A program made the position numbers and the translations under genes. A stretch of DNA of 64,000 nt, taken from Octopus bimaculoides (Eukaryota). This document shows, piece by piece, positions 39,641-52,526 of the stretch. The notes below the pieces were generated by a model that did no database searches, was not told where the DNA came from, and was given only the letters and a program-made list of their open reading frames with translations. The first letter of the stretch is position 1. The number at the start of each line of letters is the position of its first letter. The stretch lies in the NCBI RefSeq assembly GCF_001194135.2, contig NC_068986.1:96279659-96343658 (forward strand). The letters run 5' to 3'.

Positions 39641-39981
39641 TTGTCACTTCAGATAATAATATAAGGAAGAATGATGGAATGGCAAATTTTTTGAGTATTG
39701 GCCAAAATACCATGCAGTATTTCGCCTGGTTTCTTATATTCTGAGTTCAAATCCTACTGACTTTTGCCTTTCATCCCATTGGGATCAATAAAGCATCAAT
39801 TGACAAACTAAAGCATTGAGGTTAGTATTATCGATTAATTTCCTCCCCTCAAAATTGCTGGCCTTGAGCTTAACCAAGAAATATTTAGCCCAGGTCAATC
39901 CTGATCAACCAGGCTTATGATGAAAAATATTCCAGCCATGACCATCCGTTAAGTATAGTGTAGGACTATATTAACCAATGT

Positions 39982-40363
39982 GGAGGCGCAATGGCCCAGT
40001 GGTTAGGGCAGCGGACTCGCGGTCATAGGATTGCGGTTTCGATTCCCAGACTGGGCGTTGTGAGTGTTTATTGAGCAAAAACACCTAAAGTTCCACGAGG
40101 CTCCGGCAGGGGATGGTGGTGAACCCTGCTGTACTCTTTCACCACAACTTTCTCTCACTCTTTCTTCCTGTTTCTGTCGTGCCTGTAATTCAAAGGGTCA
40201 GCCTTGTCACTGTGTCACGCTGAATCTCCACGAGAACTACGTTAAAGGTACACATCTCTGTGGAGTGCTCAGCCACTTGCATGTTAATTTCACGAGCAGG
40301 CTGTTCCGTTGATCGGATCGACTGGAACCCTCGACGTCGTAAGCGACGGAGTACTAACAACAA
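39982..40363 (+). mobile_element. tRNA-derived SINE family D, full-length
   Basis: A-box TGGCCCAGTGG, B-box GGTTTCGATTCCC, (CAA)n tail. ATATTAACCA at 39968-39977 and 40363-40372 is a possible TSD (left copy offset by 4 nt). Confidence 0.8.
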
Positions 40364-40632
40364 TATTAACCAGTATATCTCACACTTTTTAAGTGGAGGG
40401 ATGTGAATCAAGGGTGACCTGGCTATTATTTCTAGCATATAGAGGACTCCTTTATTCATTTGTATGATTATAGTTTATGAAGATACATACATATATATGA
40501 CGGGCTTCTTTCAGTTTCCGTCTACCAAATCCNNNNNNNNNNATCAAGGGTGACCTGGCTATTATTTCTAGCATATAGAGGACTCCTTTATTGATTTGTA
40601 TGATAATAGTTTATGAAGAGAGCAAAGCTTAC

Positions 40633-40714
40633 CTTGCTGAACCATTCTGACACTTTTTCAGATGTTGTCTGCTTCTCAGTGAGACTCACCAACAGAGGAT
40701 TTTCTTTCTCCTTT
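40633..40714 (-). CDS. FTSJ3: FTSJ3 exon 12 (KEKENPLLVSLTEKQTTSEKVSEWFSK)
   Basis: Conserved NPLLV...WFS motif. AATAG| acceptor, AAG|GTAAGC donor. 82 nt, phase 2 to 0. Confidence 0.93.
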
Positions 40715-41688
40715 CTATTTAAAAGAAATACAACATATAATACAGATGATGACAATGATGGTGAAGGTTAGTGGTGGTGAGGAGAAGAGAATGGAAAAAA
40801 ACCCAAAATTACTGTGACGATGATGGTCAATGCTTCTCAACCTTTTTTTTAACCATCACCCCCTTTCTTTTACTAACACTTTTTCAATGACTTCTTACAA
40901 TAATCTGGAAGAGGGTAGAAAACTGATGACCCTGCATTCGATGTTCTAAGAGAGAGAGAGAGTTTGTGCGTGCGTGTGTGTATGTGCATGCGTATGTTCC
41001 TTATGCATTCGAAAATTGGGTTGCCCCTATAATAGTGTTTCACTTTCATTCTTTCACTTTTAATTCTAATGTGATAATATTAAGATCATCTTATTTCTAT
41101 TATATTTGAAATAAATGTATAATTTATATCCTAATGTGAACAAAATCAAGCATCGGCAACTTTCTGTCTTTACGGCCACCACATCAGAATGGTGTGTCAG
41201 TGTATGTGTTGACTAACATAAGGAACGGCTGGAAGTGAAACTCTTGACAAAAACACAATGAGGTGGCAGGTCCAATGCATTTAAAAATACACATTTACCA
41301 TTCAATTACCAGTTAATCATTATCGCAGCAGCTGCAAGGTATTTTAGATATTTACCCTTAAATTAACATTTAATACATGTGCTTAATATATATATNNNNN
41401 NNNNNNNNNNNNNNNNNNNNNNNNNNNNNNNNNNNNNNNNNNNNNNNNNNNNNNNNNNNNNNNNNNNNNNNNNNNNNNNNNNNNNNNNNNNNNNNNNNNN
41501 NNNNNNNNNNNNNNNNNNNNNNNNNNNNNNNNNNNNNNNNNNNNNNNNNNNNNNNNNNNNNNNNNNNNNNNNNNNNNNNNNNNNNNNNNNNNNNNNNNNN
41601 NNNNNNNNNNNNNNNNNNNNNNNNNNNNNNNNNNNNNNNNNNNNNNNNNNNNNNNNNNNNNNNNNNNNNNNNNNNNNNNNNNNNNNNA

Positions 41689-42732
41689 AAAAATATGCCA
41701 CCAAAGAAAAGACGTAATCTCTCCAGAAACAAGTATAAAGCAAGGAGGACTGTAGAAAACTGAAGGCGAGAGTCTGAAGAGAGAAGCGAGATGAGATTTT
41801 CTCAAGATCAGCAAAGGGATGCTGCAGCACGTCAAACGGAGTCTCAAGAGAGAAGGGAGATGAGACTTTCCCAAGGTCAGCAAATGCATGCTGCAGCACT
41901 TAATGCTGGATCATTAAATCAATGTTTTAATGACTAGACAGAGGTCCAAGAGAATAGCTATCAGAAACAGACTATGTACAAATTTGTTCTTCACAACTCC
42001 TGGAGCTGCTTTCAGATATACATCCCATTCTTATAAAAATGATAACTCTGTTCAAATTGGTGTGCTAAACACAAATTGTCGTTTCTGTTGAGCTTTAAAA
42101 TTTTCAAATGAAATAAATGGCATGTGCTGCTCAGACGGTCAGGTAAGATTGCCAGCACTACCAGTTCTTTCTCAACCTTTTATGGATCTTCTAGAAGGTA
42201 CTTACATCCAGTCAAAGGATTTTCTGAACAATATCAGACAATACAACTTTGCATTTCAAATGACATCGCTTACTCCATCTAAGAAGAAGCTTAAACATGA
42301 ATTTACGCTGACGTCACAGTTAAAGGGCAAGTCAACCACCTCATTGGTCCCGTTACCCACAAATGAACAACCACAGTTCCTCCAAATTTACTTTATAAGT
42401 GATGTAGGACATCAAACCCGAAGGAGGTGTTAAAATTTCAGATGATGGGTCATGTTAGACACAGCGCAGACTGCTGCAAAAGAGATTATATCCACTGACA
42501 GCTTTTTAGTGGATTCAAAAACCCCCATCCCCAATTTTCCATGACAGGTTAGGGCCTGAAATACTCCAAACGGACACATAGCATGTTGCTTAGTTGAATT
42601 AGCCCATCATTTATTCCACAAATATTTTGTTGTCAATGCTGCACTTTCCCATATCACCTGTTTCAACATAACTGTAATATATATACAAACTATGACATTT
42701 TAATCCCGAGCAACGCCGGGTATCTCAGCTAG
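41689..42732 (+). mobile_element. Internally deleted Helitron with RepHel N-terminal fragment and intact 3' end
   Basis: C.FC.ALKF.NE..GMCCSDGQVRLPAL...SKDFLNNIRQYNFAFQMTS (Helitron Rep N-terminus). Hairpin CCCGAGCAACGCCGGG at 42705-42720, then CTAG at 42729-42732 followed by T. 5' end lies in the N gap. Confidence 0.85.
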
Positions 42733-42811
42733 TATATATATAAATATATATATATAGATTATTCACGCACACACAAAACATACAAAAAAGAAGGGAATGT
42801 ACACAACTTAC

Positions 42812-43098
42812 TCTTCAATTCCATCATCACCATCATCAACCTTCTTTTTCTTTCTATCTAATCCTTCTAGTTCATCATCATCAGATAATTCCGCCATGCT
42901 GATATCATCATCGTCATCATCAGCCTTTGGTTCTTCACCATCATCACTATCGATGTTGTAATCGTAATCTTCTCTCTCCATTGGGTCACGGTTATAAGAC
43001 ACCTTTAAAACCCTTTTAGGAATGAAAAGGTCATCATCATCTATTAACTCTTCCTCATCAGCCAAGCTCAAATCTCCCTTCTGAATCTTTTCCAGACC
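42812..43098 (-). CDS. FTSJ3: FTSJ3 exon 11 (GLEKIQKGDLSLADEEE...DDGIEE; acidic region)
   Basis: Open acidic frame. TAAAG| acceptor, GA|GTAAGT donor. 287 nt, phase 0 to 2. Confidence 0.9.
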
Positions 43099-43599
43099 CT
43101 TTAAATAACAAACGATAATTGTGAGATAAAGGCTTTGAGAATTATAAAGTTGCGCAACTGACAAAATCACAGGTTCCAAATCTTATAACAACCATAATAT
43201 CAACTTTACTACAAATGTTGAAAAATATATTGTCATACAAAGGATGTGAGGTTGAACTTATGAACATCATCTTACTACAGTCATTTTGTTGCATCTCTGA
43301 ACAAAGCACTCTAAATTGCTTTGCTCCAATTTGCTTTAATATGTAAATTGTAGGTTTCCAATCTTCTACTTCACAATGAAGTGGCTAACAGTAGGAAGGA
43401 CATCAAACCAAGAAAATATCCCCAACAAATAAATCATCTCACAAAAAAGAAAAAGCTAGGGATAAATGAATGTAAAAATAATAAAAGATTAAAAAAATTA
43501 TTATTAGATACACTGACACAAAGTAACAAATTTGTAGTGGGAGGGAGTACAGTAAATTAACTCATTTAATTCTTTGCTCTTCTAACTTTACTGCATGCA

Positions 43600-43815
43600 C
43601 ACACATATATATCTCCTAAGCTAATAGAGCTACCACACAGCTACATACATATCTGCTATGCTAATAGAACAGATGCCACACAACTTATATACTTATCTAC
43701 CACACTAAACAAAATAAAGACACTGTACAGCTACATACACATCTGTAATACAAACAGAACAGAGACACCTCACAGGTCTATATATATAGCTACTATGCAC
43801 AAAACAGACACATCA
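43600..43815. repeat. Degenerate ~45-50-bp minisatellite
   Basis: Recurring ACAGCTACATACA.ATCTG..AT.C.AA.AGAACAGA blocks. Confidence 0.55.
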
Positions 43816-44047
43816 TTTCTGTTTAAAATTTTCTACATGCAACAAAAGGCCCACAGGATATCAGGGCAGGATGTAACAGACTTTGTCATGAGATGGAGAT
43901 ATTCAACATAAGAAAACAGGGAAAAATGGATGAATTAGAATTATATGTGAAGATTATAGGAGAGAGAGGAATAAGAGTTACAATAATTTAAAAGATTTTG
44001 AAGACAAAAGGTATATTAAAAAAAAAAGCAGTAGATAGAATTAGAAC

Positions 44048-44183
44048 CTTTTCTGATTTGATCTTCTGCAACTGGAAAAGGCCGATGTCATCAATTTGCT
44101 CAATCTCATCATCAGGGAAGGCCATCTTCATATCCATTCTTTGTGTCAGCTTAAGCTTTTGTTCTCGAATCTTCTTCAGACGT
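44048..44183 (-). CDS. FTSJ3: FTSJ3 exon 10 (RLKKIREQKLKLTQRMDMKMAFPDDEIEQIDDIGLFQLQKIKSEK)
   Basis: Matches the KK.RE....RM.MKM..P.D...LF.L pattern of Spb1. ATAG| acceptor, AAG|GTTCTA donor. 136 nt. Confidence 0.92.
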
Positions 44184-44363
44184 CTATACAGGAAGAGAGT
44201 TTATAACCAGTGGATCTTAGGTTTACAAGTGGCAGAGAATTTACAAACACAACAAATTGACATTCTTTACATACACACACACACACTTTTACTGGTTTCA
44301 GCTACTCTGCAGCGATACACACATATGCAAACATGCAAGAAAATTAAATACTATAGACATATA

Positions 44364-44729
44364 GGCGTAGGAGTGGCTGTGTGGTAAGTAGCTTGCTTAC
44401 CAACCACATGGTTCCGGGTTCAGTCCCACTGCATGGCACCTTGGGCAAGTGTCTTCTACTATAGCCTCGGGCCGACCAAAGCCTTGTGAGTGGATTTGGT
44501 AGACGGAAACTGAAAGAGGCCCGTCGTATATATGTATATGCGTGTGTATGTTTGTGTTCGTCCCCGCAACATCGCTTGATGTGTTTAGGTCTCCGTAACT
44601 TAGCGGTTCGGCAAAAGAGACCGATAGAATAAGTACTAGGCTTACAAAGAATAAGTCCTAGGGTTGATTTGCTCGACTAAAGGCGGTGCTCCAGCATGGC
44701 CACAGTCAAATGACTGAAACAAGTAAAAG
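44364..44729 (+). mobile_element. SINE family A, full-length young copy
   Basis: GGCGTAGGAGTGGCTGTGTGG head, GGTTCAGTCCC B-box-like motif, AAGTAAAAG tail. Confidence 0.88.
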
Positions 44730-45314
44730 CGTAAGACACAAAAATCAAAACAGCAATACATTATTTTTGGTAGTCTCTCAAGTCTAAAAAAGAGGATTCC
44801 ACAATTTCTTGTTAACAACCTGCAACTGATGTTCAAATGTTTGTGCTGTACATTAGATCACTCCCCTCCATCAAACTGACATTGCCTGTACAGGTGCAGT
44901 GCACCACATGTCAAATGTAAAAATGATTGCAGGACAACATGAAATGCAGTGCTTGGTTCAAAAATACAATGGACCACCTGGCATGGGAACTGAAACCACA
45001 ATCTCACAATCATGAGTGCAATGTCCTTGGCACTAGGCCACATGCCCTCAATACATCACATGCATGCATATACAGACACATGCTCAGCTGAAGCAGCAGA
45101 GCTAGAACATTTTAGATCCAAATTAATGGTGAGCTATGAAAGTAAGAGTCTTAAGAGAGACAATTGCTCTGGTGGACTTTGTTAAAATCTGAGCAAAGAT
45201 AGGCAATAAAAAAAGAGTGAACTCAAAAAATGCAACATCCAATTTGGGTTTAGGAATATCTTGATCTGTGTGTGGCTTGATCAGAACCAGTAATAAATTT
45301 TCTACAGAAACACA

Positions 45315-46050
45315 AAGTGGAGTGTCTTGTCTAAGGAAACTCAACACAATAGCAGCAGCAAGGAGTGATGATACAGATTATATAGCTGGTTAGATAACAA
45401 CAAGAAGGCACCACACAGTAGTAGAAAGTGACAGTACCTTTTATGTAGCTAGGTAGACTGTGGTAAGTGGAGTGTCTTGTCTAAGAAGACAACACAATGT
45501 CTATAGCAGGAGATAGTGGTATCTATTATGCAGCTAGGTATATTGATATAAGTAGTGGTTTGTCTAAGCAAGCACAATGCAATAGCTGTTGTTGTTGTTT
45601 AGCCCCAGGTCAACTCTGCTTAAGCAAACCTATGATTAAAGGCAATCCAGCTAAGGTGAAGCCATCCTTTTCCTAGGTACAGTAGACATCTAAGACTAAA
45701 TTACTCAATGTGTCCTATTTTTAAGGTAGTAGGGAGTGATTTGAAAGTCAGCTTCTATCTCTGGTGGACTATGCAACCATGCAGAGGTTTAGTCTTTGGT
45801 TGCAACAGGGTGTGGAGGTACCCATTTTACAGCTAGGTAGACTAAGATAAGTAAAGTATCTTGTCTCTAGTGACAATGTATCAACTGTATAGAGAACAAC
45901 GAATGGTACCTACTAAAGAGCAAGATGAATTGCGGTTAAGTGCCTTGTTTAAGGACACACAACATAACAGTTGCAGTAGGATATAATGAAATATCATTAT
46001 AGAACTACATAGTGAGGTAGGTAAAGTAACTTGCCTAACAAAACACTACT
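45315..46050. repeat. Degenerate ~80-90-bp tandem units (GGTACC..TTTTAxAGCTAGGTAGACTG..GTAAGTGGAGTGTCTTGTCTAAG..CAACACAAT)
   Basis: At least 5 recognisable units. A related array lies at ~14890-15120. Confidence 0.6.
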
Positions 46051-46176
46051 GATAAGCAAGGATTGCATTAAACAAAAAAGTTTGAGCTTGTTATCTTATG
46101 GATTGTAAAATTGACTATTTGGTCACTATCACATACATCAAAATATATACCAGTAATTAATGAGAGACAAACTTAC

Positions 46177-46281
46177 TTCTTAATTGTCTTTCTCTCCTCC
46201 TCTTTGGCAGTGGCTAGCAATTCTTGAAGCTTTATTTCTTCATCTTCGTCACTATCAACCTTCTCCTCTTCTACTGGAGTT
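46177..46281 (-). CDS. FTSJ3: FTSJ3 exon 9 (TPVEEEKVDSDEDEEIKLQELLATAKEEERKTIKK)
   Basis: Acidic/coiled-coil segment. GACAG| acceptor, |GTAAGT donor. 105 nt, phase 2 to 2. Confidence 0.9.
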
Positions 46282-46870
46282 CTGTCATAAAAAAAGAAAT
46301 ACTGTTAGCTATTAACACATTTGATATCAACCCATTTGAGACCACCCCTGATTCCATGATATGAATTTCCTGTTTTAACTCTTTAGTATTCAAATTACTC
46401 TGTCAAATGTAATATTTATATATTTACATGGTTTTTAATTAATCTTGTAGCTTTTGAGATATCAATGATGCAATTGTTTATTTTTAGAATGACAATGCAG
46501 GGTAGGTGTGAGAGGCCAGATCTGGCTGATTTGAACATAAAACAAGTGGAATATTTAGGCTGGATGTGGCTAGCATAAATGCTAAAAAGTTAAAGTGATC
46601 TGAAATAAAAACCGTCCATCAAAATTTCATGTTAATTTGTTCCAAACTGGTTTAATATTGACATTAAATTCATTATAATTCTCAAAATTAATTAGAACAA
46701 AAGCAATGAATTTCAACATTGGATAATAAAAGGGTTAATACTGTGAATACATGATTTTCCAGCTTGGTGTCACTTATAATAACAATATCTATATGTACAT
46801 GTAAACACACTTGATAACAGATAAGAGATGTGATGTTATATACATATAAATAAGTTAAGATATTACTTAC

Positions 46871-46927
46871 TGAGGTGTGTCTGTTTCCCTTTGTTTTAAA
46901 ATTTGTTTCCTCCATCCAATAAGGCGT
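46871..46927 (-). CDS. FTSJ3: FTSJ3 exon 8 (RLIGWRKQILKQRETDTPQ)
   Basis: Supplies the expected L..WR.K motif. Polypyrimidine TTTTAG| acceptor, |GTAAGT donor. 57 nt, phase 2 to 2. Confidence 0.9.
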
Positions 46928-49161
46928 CTAAAATGATTAAAAAAAAAAAATTTTATTTAGTTTTTTTTTAATTTTATTTTGCCTTTGATGAATGAAAGGT
47001 TTACAGGTTTCAATGAGCTGATTATTGATTCATCATATTTGCAATGGCAGGAACAACAAAAGATTGTTTAACTTGGGCAGATCAGATATAATTATTATCA
47101 TTAAACATCCATACTCCACTTTGTAAAAGTGGTTGGCATTAGGAAAAGCATCCAGCCATAAAAACCACGCCAAAACAGGCAGTGGAGCTTGGATAGTCCT
47201 CTGGCTTGATAGCTTCTGTCAAACTGCCCAATCCATGGACTGGAAGGTTTGAGAGGATCCAACAACCCAGGGGATTGTGTTCTGAGACTCGATGTCTGCT
47301 TTGGCAGTTTCTGTTGTTGGATGTCCTTCTAATGCCAACCAGTTTAAAGCAAACCCCCGAGTGCTTTTCTCATGCCACTAACACAAGTGAAGTTGCAAAG
47401 TAACTTGCAAGACAGAAAAAGAAACGTTGGGGACATATTTAAAAGAGAGAGGTGGCTTTATGTCAGGTGTCTTACTATAGAGAAAATACATGGTTTCTCC
47501 GCATTATCGTACAAGGGAATTTCTTTCAAAGCACTTGTTTATCAGTTTTCTTGCTAAAATATATTCACAAACATATGTACAGAATGGGCTTCTGTACAGT
47601 TTTCATCTTTTAAATTCCACCTTCAAGGCATTGGTCAACTTGTGACTGGGCTAGAAGACACACGCTCTAAATACTCTTGAATAGACTTGAACCCAGAAAC
47701 GCAAGATTTAAAATCAAATGTTTTAACCATACAGCCATAGATGCTTCATCTTAATGTTCTCTTGGGTTGGACAGAACTTGTTGAGGCAGAGACTCTACAG
47801 CAGGATTTCCTACCTGTTGCCAACCTGCACTTGTTTCCAAGAAGGTAATAATTTTCTATAACCAGACATGTTTTCACAGAAGTTTGGAAATGAAGAACAC
47901 TGCTTATATGATAGTGACACTTGTTAACAACTATCACATGATGTCAAGGCAAGGAGACATTAACATACACACACATATACATGACAATCTTCTATAACAG
48001 AAGGCACTTGCCCAAGATGCCATGCAAACCACACATCCACACCTGTGCCTCAAGTAGAATATTACATAACACTGACTGAATGATTTAACAGACAACTGGT
48101 AGTTATTTTAGAGATCTTGGTTACTTGAAAGGCAACTCACATCATAGATAGACCGACCTAAATACAGCAACATATTTATCCTGTGCTCTGCTGTATCTGT
48201 CACTCCATTCATTCATTAACAACAGCCACCACCATTTCACATCCACTTTCCATGCTAGCATGATTTAGGTGGGATCACCAAGGTCAGAATCATGACACAT
48301 TTTGTAGTCCTACTCTGGGGACCTTATCTTACAATTTCCTTTTTGGCTTTGTTTCTATGGTTCAATACCTTTCCTAACATCAACAAGGAGTACAAGATAC
48401 ATTTTTTCATAACACCAGTACTAAAGAGATGTCATGTCCTTGACAAAACGAATGGATCATCACAATTTCACAGTGTATACTAGATGTCTTTCGTGACACC
48501 CATATGAGAGGCAGCTATGTCCTCAACACAACTAAAGAAATTTCATTCATTTCTATAAGTCAAGCCAAGAAAGAAGCCCCTACACAGCTGCTCAACTTGT
48601 TAAAAATAGCAACCTTAATTGACACTTTACCATATTAGGAAAAGGACACATTGGATGTGGTCCTAAATCTCCTGACATAGGACACAAGTAAGATGATGTC
48701 ATCTATAATGATTTTGATCATAGATTTGCTTGATCCGAACTGGCCTAGGGCTAAACAACAGCAATAATCTACTGAACTATATTTATCAAATCATGTCGTT
48801 TTTTTCAGACCCAGATCCAAGATTAAAGACATTCCAACCATGATCATCCCATCTTTCTTTTTTTTTCTCAAGACAATATATCCAAGACAAGATTACCCAA
48901 CATGTCCTTCCTTTTTAGAAATATTCAGCTGTAATTTCAGAGAGATTTGGCTGCAGCTTTGGCCTATCCTACAGAGCCTTCGAACTTGTCGTGAGGAGGA
49001 GAAAGAAACCACACTCCATGTTCCAGTATTCTGGACCAAATACTTGCAACAGAGTGAATTCTGCTAAAAGTCATCAAAGGGTCAAGTTATGGTGTTTAAC
49101 TGAGTCATGGATTAAGTCTTGCTAATTGATGTATTTGTTGCTTCATCCTCTCTCTTTGCTC

Positions 49162-49570
49162 TTTTACTTGTTTCAGTCATTTGACTGCGGCCATGCTGGA
49201 GCACCGCTTTTAGTTGAGCAAATCAACCCCCAGGACTTATTCTTTGGAAGCCTAGTACTTATTCTATCGGTCTCTTTTGCCGAACCGCTAAGTTACGGGG
49301 ACGTAAACACACCACCATCGGTTGTCAAGCGATGTTGGGGGNNNNNNNNNNNNNNNNNNNNNNNNNNNNNNNNNNNNNNNNNNNNNNNCAAACACAGACA
49401 CACAAACATATACACATACAAATATACGGCAGGCTTCTTCCATTTTCCGTCTACCAAATCCACTCACAAGGCTTTGGTCGGCCCGAGGCTATAGTAGAAG
49501 ACACTTGCCCAAGGTGCCACGCAGTGGGAATGAACCTGGAACCATGTGGTTGGTAAGCAAGCTACTTACC
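49162..49570 (-). mobile_element. SINE family A copy
   Basis: Reverse-complement identity to other copies; small gap at the internal microsatellite. Confidence 0.85.
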
Positions 49571-49929
49571 TCCTGCATTAAGTTTTAACCAAATATCTTC
49601 ATACCTGTTCCTAAATACAAATATCTATCAAAGATAATTCAAACATGTTCAACATCAGCTTGCATGAAAGAGAGAGTGCAAGTGAGATTTGTCGGCAGCA
49701 GGGCATTAAAGGTGTTGTCTAGGGTGCCTATATCACATAGCAGCACTAGTTGCTTTTGGAGTAAAAAAAAATGTTGTCAGTGGAAGGTCCCTAAGGATGT
49801 GCTGAACTCAGACCTCACTATTATGGACAAAACAACACAGGACTTAAAAGCATAGCAGTTTGCTGCATTGTAGATCTAAGTTATTCTAACATGAATAAAA
49901 CAGTCGATGAAATGCTATAATATTAGCCA

Positions 49930-50225
49930 TCACTGTACAACAGTATAACCTACCATTCCACAATAAGATGTGCCGCAACACTAAGGCATTACCCACCATA
50001 ATACAATATTATCTACAACTACAATACAACAGTATTATCTACCACATCAGTAAAATATTAGCCATTGTAATATTACTGATCAATACTAGGTTACTCACCA
50101 TCATCTACCACAAAATGAAGTATTACCCACCAACCACCCTACAATATTATCTACCACAGTATTACAATGTTGCCCAGCATAATAGAGTATTGAATAACCC
50201 ACCACCAGAAAGTACAAGGTACCCA
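49930..50225. repeat. Degenerate ~17-20-bp minisatellite (ACAATATTATCTACCAC-like)
   Basis: Repeated TATTATCTAC(C/A)AC units immediately 3' of the exon-7 donor. Confidence 0.6.
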
Positions 50226-50250
50226 ATATAAAAGAGTACATATAACTCAC

Positions 50251-50351
50251 TTGATATCTTTCTTTCCCAGCACTCGAATGTCCTTACAACACATCTTTAT
50301 TTCCTCTGTCGTCAGCGGATCTTCCAAAATGGACTGGTCATCAAACAATAG
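50251..50351 (-). CDS. FTSJ3: FTSJ3 exon 7 (LLFDDQSILEDPLTTEEIKMCCKDIRVLGKKDIK)
   Basis: Conserved TTEEI..CC.DIRVLG.K motif. GCAG| acceptor, |GTGAGT donor. 101 nt. Confidence 0.95.
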
Positions 50352-51248
50352 CTGCAAACAACAAATAAATTTTTATCAAAACATTAAATTTATAGGCAGC
50401 CACATAGTGTCAAAAAGCACTTATGCTGGTGCCACAGGAAAAGCATCCAGTACATTCTGTTAAGTGGTTGGCATTAGGAAAGGTATCCAGCTGTAGAGAT
50501 CATGTCAAAACAGACAACTGGAGCCTGGTGCAGTTCTCCAGCTTGCCAACTCCTCTCAAACTGTTCAACCTATGCCAGCATGGAAAACAGATGCTAAATG
50601 ATGATGATGATGACACTGATAATTAACACACCCCAAAAGATTTCATCAAACAGTTAAAGACAGATGCAAACTCTAATGACAAAAGCTTTTTACAAAACAT
50701 TAGAAGTCACTCACTTCATAGAACGCACATCATCATCATAATGTCCACTTTTCCATGCATACAAGGGTCAGATAGAATTTTCTGAGACAGATTTTCTACA
50801 GCCAGATGCCCTTCCTGTTGCCAACCCTCATCTGTTTATTTCTCCTTCTAACTAATGTAATATTTCTCTATGGCCATAGAATACTGGAAATGAAGGACAC
50901 AGCTTGCATGACAGTAACATTTGCTTACAGTTATCACATGATGTCATAACAAGAAGTAATACACACACATACATCTATAACTGGCTTCTTACAGTTTCCA
51001 TTTACCAAATCCATTCACAAGGTTTTGATCAGCCTAGGGCTATAGAAGACACTTGCCCAAGGTGCCATGTAGTGGGATTGAACCCAAACTCATGTGGTTG
51101 GGAAGCAAACTTCTTATCACATAGCCACACCTGCACCAATCTTGTTTTACATGTTTTATAAACTGTTTTCCCATTAACACAGAACATTACCAGTTTTCTT
51201 GGATTGTGATTTACTTTTTCTTTCTCTAATATGTCATGGAAAACACAA

Positions 51249-51464
51249 GATATTCTTTTCTACTCTAGGCACAAAGCCCAAAATTTGGGGGGGGGGGCAG
51301 TCGATTAGATCGATCCCAGTATGCAACTGGTACTTAATTTATCAACCCTGAAAGAATGAAAGGCAAAGATGACCTCGGCAGAATTTGAACTCATAATGTA
51401 AAGACAGACGAAACACCACTAAGCATTTTGCCCGGCATGCTAGTGTTTCTGCCAACTCACTGCC
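51249..51464 (-). mobile_element. SINE family C (Nin-domain-like, TTCATCCTTTCGGGGTCGATAAA-type centre)
   Basis: Minus strand shows tRNA-like head with GAGTTCAAATTC B-box. Other fragments at ~5710-5790, 5910-6035, 28050-28290, 61345-61465. Confidence 0.75.
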
Positions 51465-52488
51465 TGATATTGCCACTAATAATATCAAATGCAGCTCTAA
51501 TTGCCAACTCTAATTGTTTTTATCCAGTGTTCACAAGTTTAATGTTTGTATAAATATGCTAGGTAGTCAGCACTATATTTGTACTAATTCAAGCTGAACA
51601 ATGTATGCCCGATAGATACATTTGCAGATCACTGTGTGTGGATGTGCATAACAGTGATAGATCTCTCTTACATCCTAATGGTATTTCAGAAGTTTGATGA
51701 AGAGCATACTTATTCCTTGTTTTATAGCATGAGTGGCCTACTAGGTGAAGCTGGCTGGCACTTAAGCAGCATTGTTTCACAGGTGGGCCAAAGGAGCGAT
51801 CTCATTAATTGCACACCCTCCTCCTGGTTCAAAGGCTTGTACCACCAAACAGCTAGTCAGCTCTGGCTGCTGGAACTGAAACTAACAAGACACTGTTGGA
51901 AGGTAGGTTCAGAGAGGATGCAGGCCAAAACTACACGTCCTTCCCTTCCATTGGTCAGTTAAAGCTTAGATAGTGTCATGTGACAGTTAGCTGGTTTTGG
52001 CTGCTGGAGTCTATTGGCAAGTATTTAAAGGGAAATTTGGCAAGATGGTCATTCGCCCGCTGACATTCATTGATGCTGCATCGAAGAAACCAAAGAATAA
52101 AAGGCCAAAGAAAAAAACGCACTCAACACCAGAGCTGAAGACACCTCCAAAAGGGGGTTGGAGCTATGTTGAAAATGGTAGAGGAGCAGGAGCCAAAACC
52201 GGACGTGGCTCCTCTTGATGATGTCTTTAGCCACTGAACCCCATAAAGGAGCTGTTGAAGTGAACCACGAAATGTGGTTGGAATTCCTCCTTTTATGGAG
52301 AGATGAACTGTAAAATAATGTAGTGAGTGACAAGGCTGAGCTCATTGCATTACAGTGTCAGTCAGTCTTCTATAATAGTGCATGTAGTTGCATGACTGAC
52401 AGATACTTGTGTCTCGAAATGTAATCCTCATGTAGATTCTATAATGACAAGGAGTGGATATATATATGTGTGTGTGTGTGTGGATATG

Positions 52489-52526
<38 letters not shown>

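Noticed and set aside
39982-40060. tRNA-like sequence (also the heads of SINE A copies)
   Set aside because: A/B-box head continues into a SINE body and tail with no complete acceptor stem; not a tRNA gene.
51720-52345. ORFs 51636-51962, 51997-52218 and 52067-52345 as genes
   Set aside because: Look like heavily decayed LINE linker/RT fragments; no splice context or intact motifs.
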